The position numbers and the translations under genes were made by a program. A stretch of DNA of 64,000 nt, from IMG/VR virus record IMGVR_UViG_3300028805_000097, positions 1 through 64,000 of that record, one strand, 5' to 3'. The stretch is from an uncultured virus (IMG/VR IMGVR_UViG_3300028805_000097). Lineage: Duplodnaviria > Heunggongvirae > Uroviricota > Caudoviricetes. The notes under the pieces were generated by a model. It did not search any database and had not been told where the DNA came from. It was given only the letters and a program-made list of their open reading frames with translations. Below, piece after piece: positions 39,975 to 50,341 of this stretch (position 1 is its first letter; the number at the start of each line of letters is the position of its first letter).

Positions 39975-41362
39975 TATTTATTCCAGTTTTTAGCATTCCT
40001 TGCAAAGTTAGCCTTCTTGACCATTGCAGGGGAGTAATTTTCCTTATTATTCAATACCTTGGAAGCAAACCCCTGTACAGACTCACCATGCTTGTTGGCT
40101 GCTGCTGTAAATGTACCTTCCTTGGATTTCTTTATGTGTATGTCTGACTTCTCTACTATGTTGCTAGTTGGCTCTCTACTCTCCATCTTCTTACCCGACA
40201 TAACCACATTCTGTAGATATTGGTCTGCAAGTTCCTCGTATTCACCACCGTAATGCTCCCAAATCTTTTCATATAGTGAGTTGCCTTCCACTTTTTCCAC
40301 ATATTTCATGAAGCCACTCATACCAATTCTAACACCATACTCGTAACGAAGTTTCTTGAATGCATCCATGAAAAGCTGATAGTTTTTCTTCTTGTTCTCA
40401 TCACGCTCTATCTGACCAGCATATTGCGCCCTCACACTGTCGCCGTTCAAATCCATTGGGTTATATTGGTAGTCACTCTCAAGAATTTTCATTACAGATT
40501 CCTTCACCAAACTACGAAACTCATCACCAGTCATCCTGTATGCAGTACCCTCGCCATAGATTTCATAGTTGTTTCCATCCTCAATCGTAGGTTCATTCAT
40601 TTCTGGCTCTGGCTGCTGTGTTTCGTCACTGTGAGGAGAGAATGTGATACTAGCTTTACACTTTCCACCTTCATCCTTAACTCTAAGTAGACCAAAATAT
40701 GTCATACCGTTGTTTGCATCAAGCTGTACGATATGAGTTGATTCGTTAGGCTCTATTGTACTGAGAGAACCGATGTTTCCAAGAATCTTTCCATAGAACT
40801 CCATAACATCGTTAAGACTACCGAACGTCCTGGTATTAAGCTGACCGTTCTTGGTGAGGTCGTTGATTCTCTTGAATACACCTTTTTCAGTCATTGGTTT
40901 AGTTCCATTGAAGGTTGTCTTGATATTCTCTTCCTTTCTGAAGCCCTCATTAATTCTGTTTGAAAACCTTCTCTTAAAATCTTCCTTCATGGTGAAGTTG
41001 ACAAGGTAAAGATTCCTCTGCATATCTGATAGGAATGACTCACAGTCACTTCTCATACCAGTGTATGTGTCTCCTTCATCCTCAATACTCTTATAGAATG
41101 AGTTTGCGGAATCTAATACATCCTCGACGAATTTTTTCAGCGTCGTAACCTTATACTCCTCTGGCTTAAGTTCACCCTTATCCAAGTTACCAGTAATTGA
41201 CTGTTCAACCTCTGAAACTGTATCCTGGAACTCAGCTATAGTATCAGCTATTTTGTCACAAAGCTCATGCTGTGACAGGCTGTCAGAATCCCAATGGAGG
41301 GACTTAATCGCTGTTTTGTATCCTTCTAGTTTATTTACAAAATCAAGAACTTTCTTATTCAT
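39974..41362 (-). CDS. Dps/ferritin-like N-terminal domain fused to further modules
   Basis: KSLHW..QHELCD..E four-helix pattern; internal LVKESVMKILE; basic C-terminal module. Confidence 0.6.
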   Translation of the reverse strand: MNKKVLDFVNKLEGYKTAIKSLHWDSDSLSQHELCDKIADTIAEFQDTVSEVEQSITGNLDKGELKPEEYKVTTLKKFVEDVLDSANSFYKSIEDEGDTYTGMRSDCESFLSDMQRNLYLVNFTMKEDFKRRFSNRINEGFRKEENIKTTFNGTKPMTEKGVFKRINDLTKNGQLNTRTFGSLNDVMEFYGKILGNIGSLSTIEPNESTHIVQLDANNGMTYFGLLRVKDEGGKCKASITFSPHSDETQQPEPEMNEPTIEDGNNYEIYGEGTAYRMTGDEFRSLVKESVMKILESDYQYNPMDLNGDSVRAQYAGQIERDENKKKNYQLFMDAFKKLRYEYGVRIGMSGFMKYVEKVEGNSLYEKIWEHYGGEYEELADQYLQNVVMSGKKMESREPTSNIVEKSDIHIKKSKEGTFTAAANKHGESVQGFASKVLNNKENYSPAMVKKANFARNAKNWNK

Positions 41363-41384
41363 AATTTATCTTATATTTTTTCTT

Positions 41385-41780
41385 TTATTCATCTGGTGTG
41401 TAATCTTCATCTGGTTTATCATCATCTAAGGCTGCTCTCCTTTTACGTCTTCTTTCAGCTCTAAGGTCATTAAGGTCTTCTTCAGCTTCAATCTGTAGTT
41501 TTTCATTCTCAACCCAGGAACGTGTTTTTAATTTGCTATCAACATAAGCTTTAGGAACGCCACTACCTAGAATATATCCACCACTACAAAGGAGAAATAT
41601 ACCCATATCTGTTAGGTTGGTGTCAACCTTACCATCGTAAACCACATCATATACAAGCACAAAACATATGACAAGTCCAATGATTACACCCATAATGGCA
41701 GATACCAACATGGTTATGCTGTTCACACTCATTGAAGACTTATCGTCTATTGAAGCTTTTATGTTTTTAATTACTCCCAT
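41385..41780 (-). CDS. Two-TM membrane protein, holin-like candidate
   Basis: Two hydrophobic helices, charged C-terminus; TATTTATA box at 41788-41795. Confidence 0.5.
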   Translation of the reverse strand: MGVIKNIKASIDDKSSMSVNSITMLVSAIMGVIIGLVICFVLVYDVVYDGKVDTNLTDMGIFLLCSGGYILGSGVPKAYVDSKLKTRSWVENEKLQIEAEEDLNDLRAERRRKRRAALDDDKPDEDYTPDE

Positions 41781-41929
41781 ATTATACTATAAATAGTTTT
41801 TCCAACTAATAAATATTGTTAAATATTCGTTTAAAAATAAAGATTACTTGTTTATCCCAAAATTTTTATATATCTTTGCCGAAAATTCACTGGGTGTATT
41901 GTATACCCCAATAAATTATTAGAGTAATA

Positions 41930-43078
41930 ATGGATATAAAACAATCAGAATCAATGCTAGGACGCTATCATGAGGTATTGATGGAACATTGTCAAGATGT
42001 CATCATATATACTCATGGAATAGCACCAGAGGTAAACTATAGGATGCTCTACACGTTCGTGTATAAACACAACCCAATTTACCACTTCTCAATGATGGAA
42101 CTTAAGGATGGTGGTGCTCTCAAATTTATTAATCGCTCACTTGATAATACAAAAATAGGTGAGAAGTTTACTAAATTCTCTAAAAACTACTCATTCATCG
42201 ACACAGCAGAGAAAATGGGATGCGTTGCATACCCAGTACTAAATGTTGCATTGTTCATCAGTGAAATAGGTATGATTGTGATGGAGAATTACAGTTCTAC
42301 CATTGGTGATAGCGAGCTTAAGAGGCTTGATAACGTAAATATATACACCGATAACAAGGATAATATCGGCAGGATGGCTGAATTTATCTATGAAAGCCTT
42401 GTTGAAGTTGAACTGGACAATAAGGAAATGTCTTCTTATCTGTGGGTTAGACAGGGATATTCCAACGGTCTTATGACTCAGACACTTGAGTTTAAGAAGA
42501 TGAAGATAGACCTTGAGAAAAATTATAACGATGACCTTCCATACAAGGAAATAATAGAACTTCTTACATCACCAACTAAGGAACTCATTTTGTTTAATGG
42601 TAAGCCTGGAACTGGTAAAACATCCTTAATTAAACACTTGATGGGTGAAATCAGTGACAAGAAGTTCTTGTACATTGATTCAAGCCTTCTTAAGAATATC
42701 ACATCTTCAGCATTTATCTCATTCTTGCTGGAATATCGTAACTCTATCGTAGTGCTTGAGGACTGTGAGAAAATTCTGTCTAAGAGAGAAGAGGGAAACC
42801 CATTTATGGGTACACTCCTTAATCTTACTGATGGCATTATTGGTGAGACTGTAAACTGTAAGTTCATCTGCTCATTCAACTGTGCGGAAAGCAAAATTGA
42901 CGAGGCACTTCTCAGAAAGGGAAGGTTGTCACTTAAATATACATTCAACAATCTGTCACTTGAAAAGACACAGACACTCGTCTCAGACGCAAAGAAAGGT
43001 ATGACACTTGCCGACATCTATCATAAGGATAAGGAGAATGTCATTAACAAACAGGAAGTGAAGAAAATAGGATTCTGA
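41930..43078 (+). CDS. AAA+ ATPase
   Basis: GKPGTGKT, VVLEDCE, LLNLTDG, DEALLRKGR, KKIGF. Confidence 0.88.
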   Translation: MDIKQSESMLGRYHEVLMEHCQDVIIYTHGIAPEVNYRMLYTFVYKHNPIYHFSMMELKDGGALKFINRSLDNTKIGEKFTKFSKNYSFIDTAEKMGCVAYPVLNVALFISEIGMIVMENYSSTIGDSELKRLDNVNIYTDNKDNIGRMAEFIYESLVEVELDNKEMSSYLWVRQGYSNGLMTQTLEFKKMKIDLEKNYNDDLPYKEIIELLTSPTKELILFNGKPGTGKTSLIKHLMGEISDKKFLYIDSSLLKNITSSAFISFLLEYRNSIVVLEDCEKILSKREEGNPFMGTLLNLTDGIIGETVNCKFICSFNCAESKIDEALLRKGRLSLKYTFNNLSLEKTQTLVSDAKKGMTLADIYHKDKENVINKQEVKKIGF

Positions 43079-43079
43079 T

Positions 43080-44186
43080 ATGAAAGTATTAATTGTAGGC
43101 GGTAATTTCGCCAATGAGCAATCGTTGGTTAAGCCATCTGGCGTTATAACGAAGATTTCCAATTGCTTTCATGAAATGAGGGCATTCCCAAGGTGTATTC
43201 AGACAACGACTGTCAATGGTGGACTTATGGCAGAGTTACCGAAGGAGATTAGCGAAGATGTTGCAATCTGGATACCAAATATTGCAAACGAAGAGGAAAA
43301 ACAGTATCCTAAGAAGGCAACTGGTACTATCCTCATTTGTTCAAAAGTAATGCGTGATGGTTATACCAAAATGGATGCAATTTCACGAATCTTCAAGATG
43401 CATGGGAATGCCGTTATCGCAATAACAAGTGAATTGGTCGAAGAAAAACCTCACTACCATTTCGAACTCATTGATGCCCTTGGCAACGTGTGGTGTAATA
43501 CCACGGAGATACCACTCCTGGTTGCTGGTATTATGTCATTTGTTGCATTCACGAAGAGTGCTAAGAGAATCCGTACAACCCATAAGGAGGATGGCTTCAT
43601 GCTCCATCGTGTAAGTGAGTACTTCCTCAGTAACAAGGATAACATTGATAAACTCCTTGAAACTAATAGGAAACTACAGAAACATATCATGACAAGCTGT
43701 GGGAATAGGTTTTTTGGAAATGTCAGCACAAGATGCCAGAGCCTATTCCCTTCAGCAAGACTCTATGGAACTTACATGGAAGGCATGTTCGTGTCTCCAA
43801 GAAATTCCAATAAGGAGTCCATCGCCTCAGAGGATATGGTTCTTTATACAAAGGGTGATATGTACTGTGGTGGTGCTGGTAAACCATCCGTTGATTCTCC
43901 AGCACAGTTCAGAATATATGAGAGGATGCCTAACATTAATTTCATGATTCATGGACATGCTCTTATTGATGTTCCTGGTGCTCTTACAACCAAGGAATAT
44001 AAACTTTGTGGTGATGTCAACGAGGTTGATGAAATAACGTCTATAGTTGACTTGGAGGTTAACTCATTCTATATCAATCTGATGGGTCATGGATTCCTAC
44101 TAGGAGCTAACAATGCTGGTCAGCTTGATAGAATGGTTGACAATATAATCAATAATGGTAGGGTGGTAATCACAAACCAAGAATGA
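43080..44186 (+). CDS. Class II aldolase/adducin-domain protein
   Basis: GNVSTR, KPSVDS, MIHGH, MGHGFL. Confidence 0.7.
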   Translation: MKVLIVGGNFANEQSLVKPSGVITKISNCFHEMRAFPRCIQTTTVNGGLMAELPKEISEDVAIWIPNIANEEEKQYPKKATGTILICSKVMRDGYTKMDAISRIFKMHGNAVIAITSELVEEKPHYHFELIDALGNVWCNTTEIPLLVAGIMSFVAFTKSAKRIRTTHKEDGFMLHRVSEYFLSNKDNIDKLLETNRKLQKHIMTSCGNRFFGNVSTRCQSLFPSARLYGTYMEGMFVSPRNSNKESIASEDMVLYTKGDMYCGGAGKPSVDSPAQFRIYERMPNINFMIHGHALIDVPGALTTKEYKLCGDVNEVDEITSIVDLEVNSFYINLMGHGFLLGANNAGQLDRMVDNIINNGRVVITNQE

Positions 44187-44401
44187 AGAATAGAATAATA
44201 CTTTTACAATTTGCTATAATCCTAATAATGGGTATCCATATAGCTACCTTAAACGAGGAGATTAAATGTGTTCATCTTGTATATCAGATTAAAGAATGTC
44301 TGAATAGTGATGAAGCTAAGGCACTAGAGAGATTTAATAAAAATGTCGAGGACGCTATTAACGAGGGAAGAGTTCAAGAAACAAGTGTTTGCCAAAACTA
44401 G
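44183..44401 (+). CDS. Small membrane-anchored protein
   Basis: N-terminal TM helix; ATGA overlap. Confidence 0.5.
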   Translation: MKNRIILLQFAIILIMGIHIATLNEEIKCVHLVYQIKECLNSDEAKALERFNKNVEDAINEGRVQETSVCQN

Positions 44402-44681
44402 TGGTAAATGCTGTGTTCCTGGCTGTGGCTTACCTGCTGTAGATGCTCATCACATCATGGACAGGAAGCTATGGACTGATGGTGGGTATTATCTCGATAA
44501 TGGTGCTTCACTCTGTGAAATACATCACCTACAAGCTGAAAAAGGCATAATAACCCCAAAGAGGTGTTATGAACTCATGGGGGTTACAGAATACCCAAGA
44601 CCAGATAAAGTTGACTGGTTGACGGATGATGAATTCAAGATATGTGTTGATAGTGAAATAATTAATAAATGGGGAAAATAA
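44343..44681 (+). CDS. HNH endonuclease
   Basis: CCVPGC..DAHHI..NGASLCEIHH. Confidence 0.8.
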   Translation: MSRTLLTREEFKKQVFAKTSGKCCVPGCGLPAVDAHHIMDRKLWTDGGYYLDNGASLCEIHHLQAEKGIITPKRCYELMGVTEYPRPDKVDWLTDDEFKICVDSEIINKWGK

Positions 44682-44682
44682 T

Positions 44683-44940
44683 ATGGTTTGGATTTTTGTA
44701 ATAGTATACATTGTAAGTGCAGCACTTTCCATTGCTGAGTTCATAAGAGAAAAGAACAAGGTCAGCACTGCTGAGGCTATTATGGTTTTCATACCAGCCT
44801 TCAATACCATTATAGGATTGTGGTTTATTGTGATGACAATACTTGAAAATACGAGGGGACTTATAAACTTCTGTATTGAGAAGGGTAAAACTGAAAAAGC
44901 AACTACCAATGAAGATAGTGAGAGCGGAGCAGTTCTATAA
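44683..44940 (+). CDS. Small membrane protein
   Basis: Two hydrophobic segments. Confidence 0.55.
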   Translation: MVWIFVIVYIVSAALSIAEFIREKNKVSTAEAIMVFIPAFNTIIGLWFIVMTILENTRGLINFCIEKGKTEKATTNEDSESGAVL

Positions 44941-45367
44941 CCGTGAAGAGGTTGCGAAGGACTACAAATCCATGTACATCTTTACAGACAATACGGATAG
45001 AGATAGTGGTAAAGGTGTAATACCATACAGCAACTGGTATTGTAGGTGGTATGGTGTCGGAAAACACTTTCCAAAGGTCACATCAGCCTGTATAAGAGGA
45101 CTTGATAATGCCTACCCTATAACTACCCAACGATGGTATAACAGTCAGCATAAGGGTATTTATGGACGCTGGAATGATGAAGACCTGGAAGAGTTCAAGA
45201 AAGTAATTGATGCTGACTTTCAGCATATAAAAACTGATATGAACAAATATGAAAGAATAGTGTTTCCGTTCGGTGGCATTTTCAACTCAAAGATTGCAGA
45301 TATATCAGAGTCAAGAGTTCCTAAATTGTATGAATATCTGATGAAGAAATGTAAAGAACTTTTATAA
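44909..45367 (+). CDS. Conserved-looking phage protein (YIFTDN..IRGLDNAYPITT)
   Basis: ATG at 44909; family not identified. Confidence 0.55.
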   Translation: MKIVRAEQFYNREEVAKDYKSMYIFTDNTDRDSGKGVIPYSNWYCRWYGVGKHFPKVTSACIRGLDNAYPITTQRWYNSQHKGIYGRWNDEDLEEFKKVIDADFQHIKTDMNKYERIVFPFGGIFNSKIADISESRVPKLYEYLMKKCKELL

Positions 45368-45368
45368 T

Positions 45369-46025
45369 ATGAAATATCCAAGGACATATCATCTACCGTT
45401 CTCACCAGGGGCAACGAAGGATGATAAGAAACTGAAAGATGGGTGGTTCGATTTCTATCGTGGGAAGACAATAGTATTCACCGAAAAACTCGACGGAGAA
45501 AATACATGCCTCTGCCGACAGGGTGTCTATGCCCGTTCACATTCAGCAGAAACAAGAAGTCCCTGGTCAAGAAACTTGTGGGATAATGATGGGTTATACT
45601 GGAAAGTTAGAGGACTCATAGGGCTTAATGAGGAATTTTTCGGGGAAAACCTGTTTGGGGAGCACTCGATTATATACGATAAACTCCTTAACTATTTCCA
45701 CCTATTTGCAGCACACAATGAGGAAAGATGGTATTCATGGGATGAAATCGTTGAACTATCATTTATCCTTGAAGTACCACATGTACCAGAATTATGTGTG
45801 TGTAAGGCAGAATCTGAGAGACAGATTGAGGAAATTATCAAAGACCTCATGACCCAACCATCAACCTATGGAAAGGAAAAGGAGGGCATAGTTATGAGGA
45901 TTACTGACTCCTTTGCCTTAGATTACTTCCCACACTACGTCTGTAAATATGTTAGGGCTAATCATGTACAAACTGATGAACATTGGACAAGAAATTGGAA
46001 ACAAGCTAAGTTATTGAAGATATGA
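45369..46025 (+). CDS. RNA ligase-family nucleotidyltransferase
   Basis: KYPRTYHL, motif I EKLDGEN, FGEN, EGIVMR, KYVR. Confidence 0.88.
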   Translation: MKYPRTYHLPFSPGATKDDKKLKDGWFDFYRGKTIVFTEKLDGENTCLCRQGVYARSHSAETRSPWSRNLWDNDGLYWKVRGLIGLNEEFFGENLFGEHSIIYDKLLNYFHLFAAHNEERWYSWDEIVELSFILEVPHVPELCVCKAESERQIEEIIKDLMTQPSTYGKEKEGIVMRITDSFALDYFPHYVCKYVRANHVQTDEHWTRNWKQAKLLKI

Positions 46026-46423
46026 GTAGTGTGTTTGACAGTTACAAATATGAGAAGGGAAGTAGAAAAAAAATTAAGTCAATTATAGAATCTGGCGATT
46101 TGGCTAACTTCCCAAAACAAGGAGATTTCCTTGCAAGATATGATGGTCGTGGATTAATGATTGTGGAAATTTTCAGTAGTTTTTATGATGGTGATAATGA
46201 CTTTTTCACCAGAGGAAAATACATATGTGTTGATTCATGGTGGAATTTCATTGATAGTCGTGGAAACCTAGAAAGAAATATCAATGATTCAATAATGATG
46301 GGAGACGGATATGATACATATTTTGCAAATAACTCAGAAATAGCCCTGCTTTTAAATAAACTTAAGGAAATAGGGAAGACTTGGGACTTTAAAGAGAAAA
46401 AATTAATTCCTTTAGAACAATGA
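46022..46423 (+). CDS. Hypothetical protein
   Basis: ATGA-coupled ORF. Confidence 0.55.
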   Translation: MSSVFDSYKYEKGSRKKIKSIIESGDLANFPKQGDFLARYDGRGLMIVEIFSSFYDGDNDFFTRGKYICVDSWWNFIDSRGNLERNINDSIMMGDGYDTYFANNSEIALLLNKLKEIGKTWDFKEKKLIPLEQ

Positions 46424-46872
46424 TAAAGATATTTGACGATGTTAGGGTGAATGATAAAGTCTACTTAATCTCAATAAGAGACTCACAACCCTATGAATTT
46501 CCGAAAGGGATGGTAATCAGAGAGTTAAAGGCTGAAAGCATCATACGATACCCAACTAGTGTTACCGTAAACCTATCAGACAATATTACGGCAATCAACC
46601 CAAGGAAATCAATGAGTTACCACATTAACGAAAGAGACGAAGATGAAATCTCACTCTCAATTGATGTGTATGCACTGACAAAGGCTGAGTGTGTTAGAGC
46701 TGCTAATGCAGCTATTAATGAGCGTAGAACCAGTCTCAGAGCAATTGAGAAACGGTGCAGGGAATGTGATGCTTATCTCAACAACTCGATGATAGAACTA
46801 CTTTCGGTGGATGTTAGCGAGGAAGAAGATGTAATGTCAGAAGAAGAATTCGCTAATGCAGCTTTAGTTTAA
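46420..46872 (+). CDS. Hypothetical protein
   Basis: ATGA-coupled ORF followed by terminator. Confidence 0.6.
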   Translation: MIKIFDDVRVNDKVYLISIRDSQPYEFPKGMVIRELKAESIIRYPTSVTVNLSDNITAINPRKSMSYHINERDEDEISLSIDVYALTKAECVRAANAAINERRTSLRAIEKRCRECDAYLNNSMIELLSVDVSEEEDVMSEEEFANAALV

Positions 46873-46948
46873 AGAATGTTAAAAATCGGAGTATTATTTG
46901 TATATTCCGATTTTTTTCTGTAACTTTGCCGCAAAAATTTAGTGAAGT

Positions 46949-47383
46949 ATGGAAAATATTAAGAAATTAAATGAGGTAAAACCTGGTGATACCCTCTATT
47001 GCATCGCCTATAGCCACAATGGAAAAGAAATCTCAATCGTAGATATTACTGTAAAGGAAGTCATTACGAATGGTCCAGACATTAAACGTCATATCTACTC
47101 CAGGGAGGCTATTATTATCAAGGAGAAAGTACCAAATTCTCTAGAACCTGCTGGCGAGTATGTCATTGACCAGTACTATCGTGGTGACGAATGTATGACC
47201 CACTCTCACGGTATATATACAACCTTTATTGAGGCTGCTACTGAAGCACAGAAGGAGATTGATGGGAGATTTAAGTTGTATACTAGGGAAGAGGCAAAAT
47301 ATACCAAGAAGAAGCTTGAGACATTCAACAGCCTTATGGATTTGCATGTAGAAATTCTTAAGAGATTACAGAAAGAACTATGA
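46949..47383 (+). CDS. Hypothetical protein
   Basis: Promoter at 46921-46930. Confidence 0.6.
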   Translation: MENIKKLNEVKPGDTLYCIAYSHNGKEISIVDITVKEVITNGPDIKRHIYSREAIIIKEKVPNSLEPAGEYVIDQYYRGDECMTHSHGIYTTFIEAATEAQKEIDGRFKLYTREEAKYTKKKLETFNSLMDLHVEILKRLQKEL

Positions 47384-47802
47384 AACCAATTGTTAACATA
47401 GCAAGAGAATACGCTGAGAGAGTCTTCACGAAAGAGTTTCTTGACAGTACTTCAGATTCATGGTATTTTGATGCTCTGGACTGGTTTGAATATACCTATA
47501 AGGTTGAACCAGACAGTAATGAAGCTAAAGAATTCTCTGAGAAAATACAGTATCAGTTTGATAGACACTATATAATGCACTTCGGTAAACGTGATGACTA
47601 CTATTATCTCAAGGATATTATAAGGGATATGAAAGATATGCATGAGAAACTTGAAATAATTCTCAAGCACGGAACTCTTACTGGTCATGGAACAACCATT
47701 AAGGATGCCATGAAGAAACTTACTATGATGCAATTCTCACTTGGACTGGTTACTAGTTCAGTAAATAGAAAATATAATTTCGAGAAACAAAAAAATGATT
47801 AA
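47380..47802 (+). CDS. Hypothetical protein
   Basis: ATGA-coupled ORF. Confidence 0.55.
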   Translation: MKPIVNIAREYAERVFTKEFLDSTSDSWYFDALDWFEYTYKVEPDSNEAKEFSEKIQYQFDRHYIMHFGKRDDYYYLKDIIRDMKDMHEKLEIILKHGTLTGHGTTIKDAMKKLTMMQFSLGLVTSSVNRKYNFEKQKND

Positions 47803-48247
47803 GAAAATTTATACAATCCTGGTTCTCCTGTGTAACTTCCTTGTTCGCAGGAAACACTACAGACTCAAGTTCGTCTGTGAGGAAGATTCTGGTGTAAGAA
47901 GATGGTACTATGCCTTTAGGGGCTGGGGATTTGAGCACGGAAACCTTGAAATGGTATCTGGTGCTGATACACTCTGCGACCACTACTCTACAGATGGTGG
48001 CAAGACTGCTGTTGTGAACGTCATAGCCAGTAGAAAACCAATTAGATGCGGTAATGGTAAGTATGACCACTTTGTAGGTGAAGACTTTCCAGAGGAGTGG
48101 AATATCAAAGATAGATTCATCTGGGGTAGAAACTACTACAACGAACTGTATCCAAACGAGAAATTCTGGATATGCCCAGTAACACTGTTTGTACTTGGAA
48201 GGTATCCTAAACATTTGTATATTGAAGTTAAAGAAAAACAATTATGA
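47795..48247 (+). CDS. DUF6717-like protein
   Basis: MVSGADTLCD..WICPVTLFVLGRYPKHLY. Confidence 0.55.
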   Translation: MIKKIYTILVLLCNFLVRRKHYRLKFVCEEDSGVRRWYYAFRGWGFEHGNLEMVSGADTLCDHYSTDGGKTAVVNVIASRKPIRCGNGKYDHFVGEDFPEEWNIKDRFIWGRNYYNELYPNEKFWICPVTLFVLGRYPKHLYIEVKEKQL

Positions 48248-48534
48248 GTAAATCAAACGCACCAACAATACTATTCATATTCTGTGTTGTCATGATTATG
48301 ACGGTGGTAGTGCTTATTATTTTACACGAAGGTAGTAAGTCTACTACTACTCATATCAAATCTGATATTGGGTATTCATATACGGTTGACACAATAAATG
48401 GTCATACGTACTTTTTCGACAACACAGGTCCAATGGAAGACCATGAGTGCAAGAAATGTGAGGAGAGATTCATACAAATCATGGATTCTATCATAGATGA
48501 AAAGGTTATTAAAATTATAGCAGCTGAAAGATGA
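48244..48534 (+). CDS. Membrane-anchored hypothetical protein
   Basis: N-terminal TM helix, HECKKC. Confidence 0.55.
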   Translation: MSKSNAPTILFIFCVVMIMTVVVLIILHEGSKSTTTHIKSDIGYSYTVDTINGHTYFFDNTGPMEDHECKKCEERFIQIMDSIIDEKVIKIIAAER

Positions 48535-48800
48535 AAAAGTGTGAGAAAGTAATAAGGTTTAGGACAGATACCATCAACAAGTATGAAATAGCACCATACG
48601 AAAACGGTGGCTATCGTATCGAACTAACCATGAACTCAACTTATGATAGCGTTACTACGTTTGATGTTGGGAGTTATAATGAGTGTAACAACTTCATGAA
48701 CTATATAGCTAACTATAGCTTCTTCTATGTTGTTGTCGGACTTGATGGTCTGTGCAAGATTTATACATCATACAACAGTTTGGACGAATATCTACGGTAA
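48531..48800 (+). CDS. Hypothetical protein
   Basis: ATGA-coupled ORF. Confidence 0.5.
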   Translation: MKKCEKVIRFRTDTINKYEIAPYENGGYRIELTMNSTYDSVTTFDVGSYNECNNFMNYIANYSFFYVVVGLDGLCKIYTSYNSLDEYLR

Positions 48801-49144
48801 TGGAGAAATTATACGTAATAAGCTTCAAGAGAGGTGTAAAGGAATATGAAGGTCTTTTCAATGTTACTCACAAGGTAACTATGGATGGCGATACATTCAT
48901 CACACTGGATAATAAGGATGAAGTTATCCTGTATGAGTATAGTAACCCTAATTTCTTCTGCAACATAGTTGGAGACTCATTCGTTTTCTGCGCAGACACA
49001 AAAGAAAACTGTCATATGCTTGCAAAAAGGCACATCATCGAGAAAATAATGTATATCAAAGAGACCTTGAAAGATACCAGGCAGTTAACAAATACCTTTA
49101 ATAAATGTGTATTAATGTTAATTTCCTTGGTTATTTCAAGATAA
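48800..49144 (+). CDS. Hypothetical protein (start revised to MEKLYV)
   Basis: TAATG coupling; 3' end overlaps the next promoter. Confidence 0.5.
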   Translation: MEKLYVISFKRGVKEYEGLFNVTHKVTMDGDTFITLDNKDEVILYEYSNPNFFCNIVGDSFVFCADTKENCHMLAKRHIIEKIMYIKETLKDTRQLTNTFNKCVLMLISLVISR

Positions 49145-49177
49145 ATCTGTAACTTTGCACCAAAAATTAATAAGACT

Positions 49178-49606
49178 ATGGCAATTTTCGTAATTAAATT
49201 AGTATCAAAAGAAAATAATTCCGTCAACTACTATAGGAAGATGGTGCAGAAGGCCAAGATGGTTGATGGTATTAAAATGTGGTACTGGGATTTCGAACTT
49301 ACTGATGACATCAACAAGGCAGAAAAGTTCGGTGACCAGGAGTTTGCTGAACAGCATATCTACGCCAACATAGCTGAAAATCAACCAGCATGGGCTAACA
49401 AGTTCATTATAAGCGTTGACAGATTACCAACAAGACGTGAAATGATTTCCCTTGACCTACAGCCACTCAATAAGATGTTGGGGCTTGTAAGGGGCTATAA
49501 CAGCGCAAGTCTAAAGGGTAAGGCGTTAATCAGAAAGAAACTCTTCAACGACGAACTTGTCGGTGCTTGCTCTGAATCCATCAGACAGATAAATCTTCTC
49601 AAATGA
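49178..49606 (+). CDS. Hypothetical protein
   Basis: Promoter at 49150-49159. Confidence 0.6.
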   Translation: MAIFVIKLVSKENNSVNYYRKMVQKAKMVDGIKMWYWDFELTDDINKAEKFGDQEFAEQHIYANIAENQPAWANKFIISVDRLPTRREMISLDLQPLNKMLGLVRGYNSASLKGKALIRKKLFNDELVGACSESIRQINLLK

Positions 49607-50010
49607 ACGAGGAATTCTATTTCACAATAACAACGAATAGTTCCTTTGGGTATAAGAATATTAATCTAAGGAATGTGTCCACAAATGAAGTTATGTCAGC
49701 AATCATCGTAGAAGAAGTTAAAAACGACTTCCCACACGATGGTGTGCTGGCAGAACTTACAGCAAATGGGAGACCATGTGTGGCACTCTGGGACTTTAAC
49801 ACTGGACTCTGCTACAGAAGACGGGGCTACGGTAAGAGAATACTGGAATATGTCCTACAACTCTATTCAAACAAGAATATGGTGCTAGTGGCGAAGCCAG
49901 GAAGAGGTATAGAACTTGGAGCACTGATAAAACTCTATCAAAGCGTTGGGTTTGAGGTGTCTACGATGTTTAAGGATAGGGCTATAATGAAAAAAGTAAA
50001 TATACAATAA
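49603..50010 (+). CDS. GNAT-family acetyltransferase
   Basis: YRRRGYG, LYQSVGF. Confidence 0.75.
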   Translation: MNEEFYFTITTNSSFGYKNINLRNVSTNEVMSAIIVEEVKNDFPHDGVLAELTANGRPCVALWDFNTGLCYRRRGYGKRILEYVLQLYSNKNMVLVAKPGRGIELGALIKLYQSVGFEVSTMFKDRAIMKKVNIQ

Positions 50011-50011
50011 C

Positions 50012-50341
50012 ATGAAGTATAAAGTATGTGACTTGATTTCCTTTGATGGCTCAATGGAAAATACAAAGGATGTGTACTACTCTGGAATTAGGACAAAAAA
50101 GGAAATTAATGAGAGATTTCCTAATAACACCCGCATTACCAGAATACTAGTAACACACCCCAATGCCAAATTTAGGGTGACAAAACTATACCCACCTTAC
50201 TACCTATGCGAGAAACTGTGGGAAAGCGGAGACGAGGAAATACCAGTATCAGCTGGAATTGTCTTTATTCATGAGAAAGAAGCAATCCCCTATGACAAGT
50301 CATTTGACGGTAAAGTAATCAATAAAAAGAAAATCATATGA
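50012..50341 (+). CDS. Hypothetical protein
   Basis: Operon ORF. Confidence 0.5.
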   Translation: MKYKVCDLISFDGSMENTKDVYYSGIRTKKEINERFPNNTRITRILVTHPNAKFRVTKLYPPYYLCEKLWESGDEEIPVSAGIVFIHEKEAIPYDKSFDGKVINKKKII

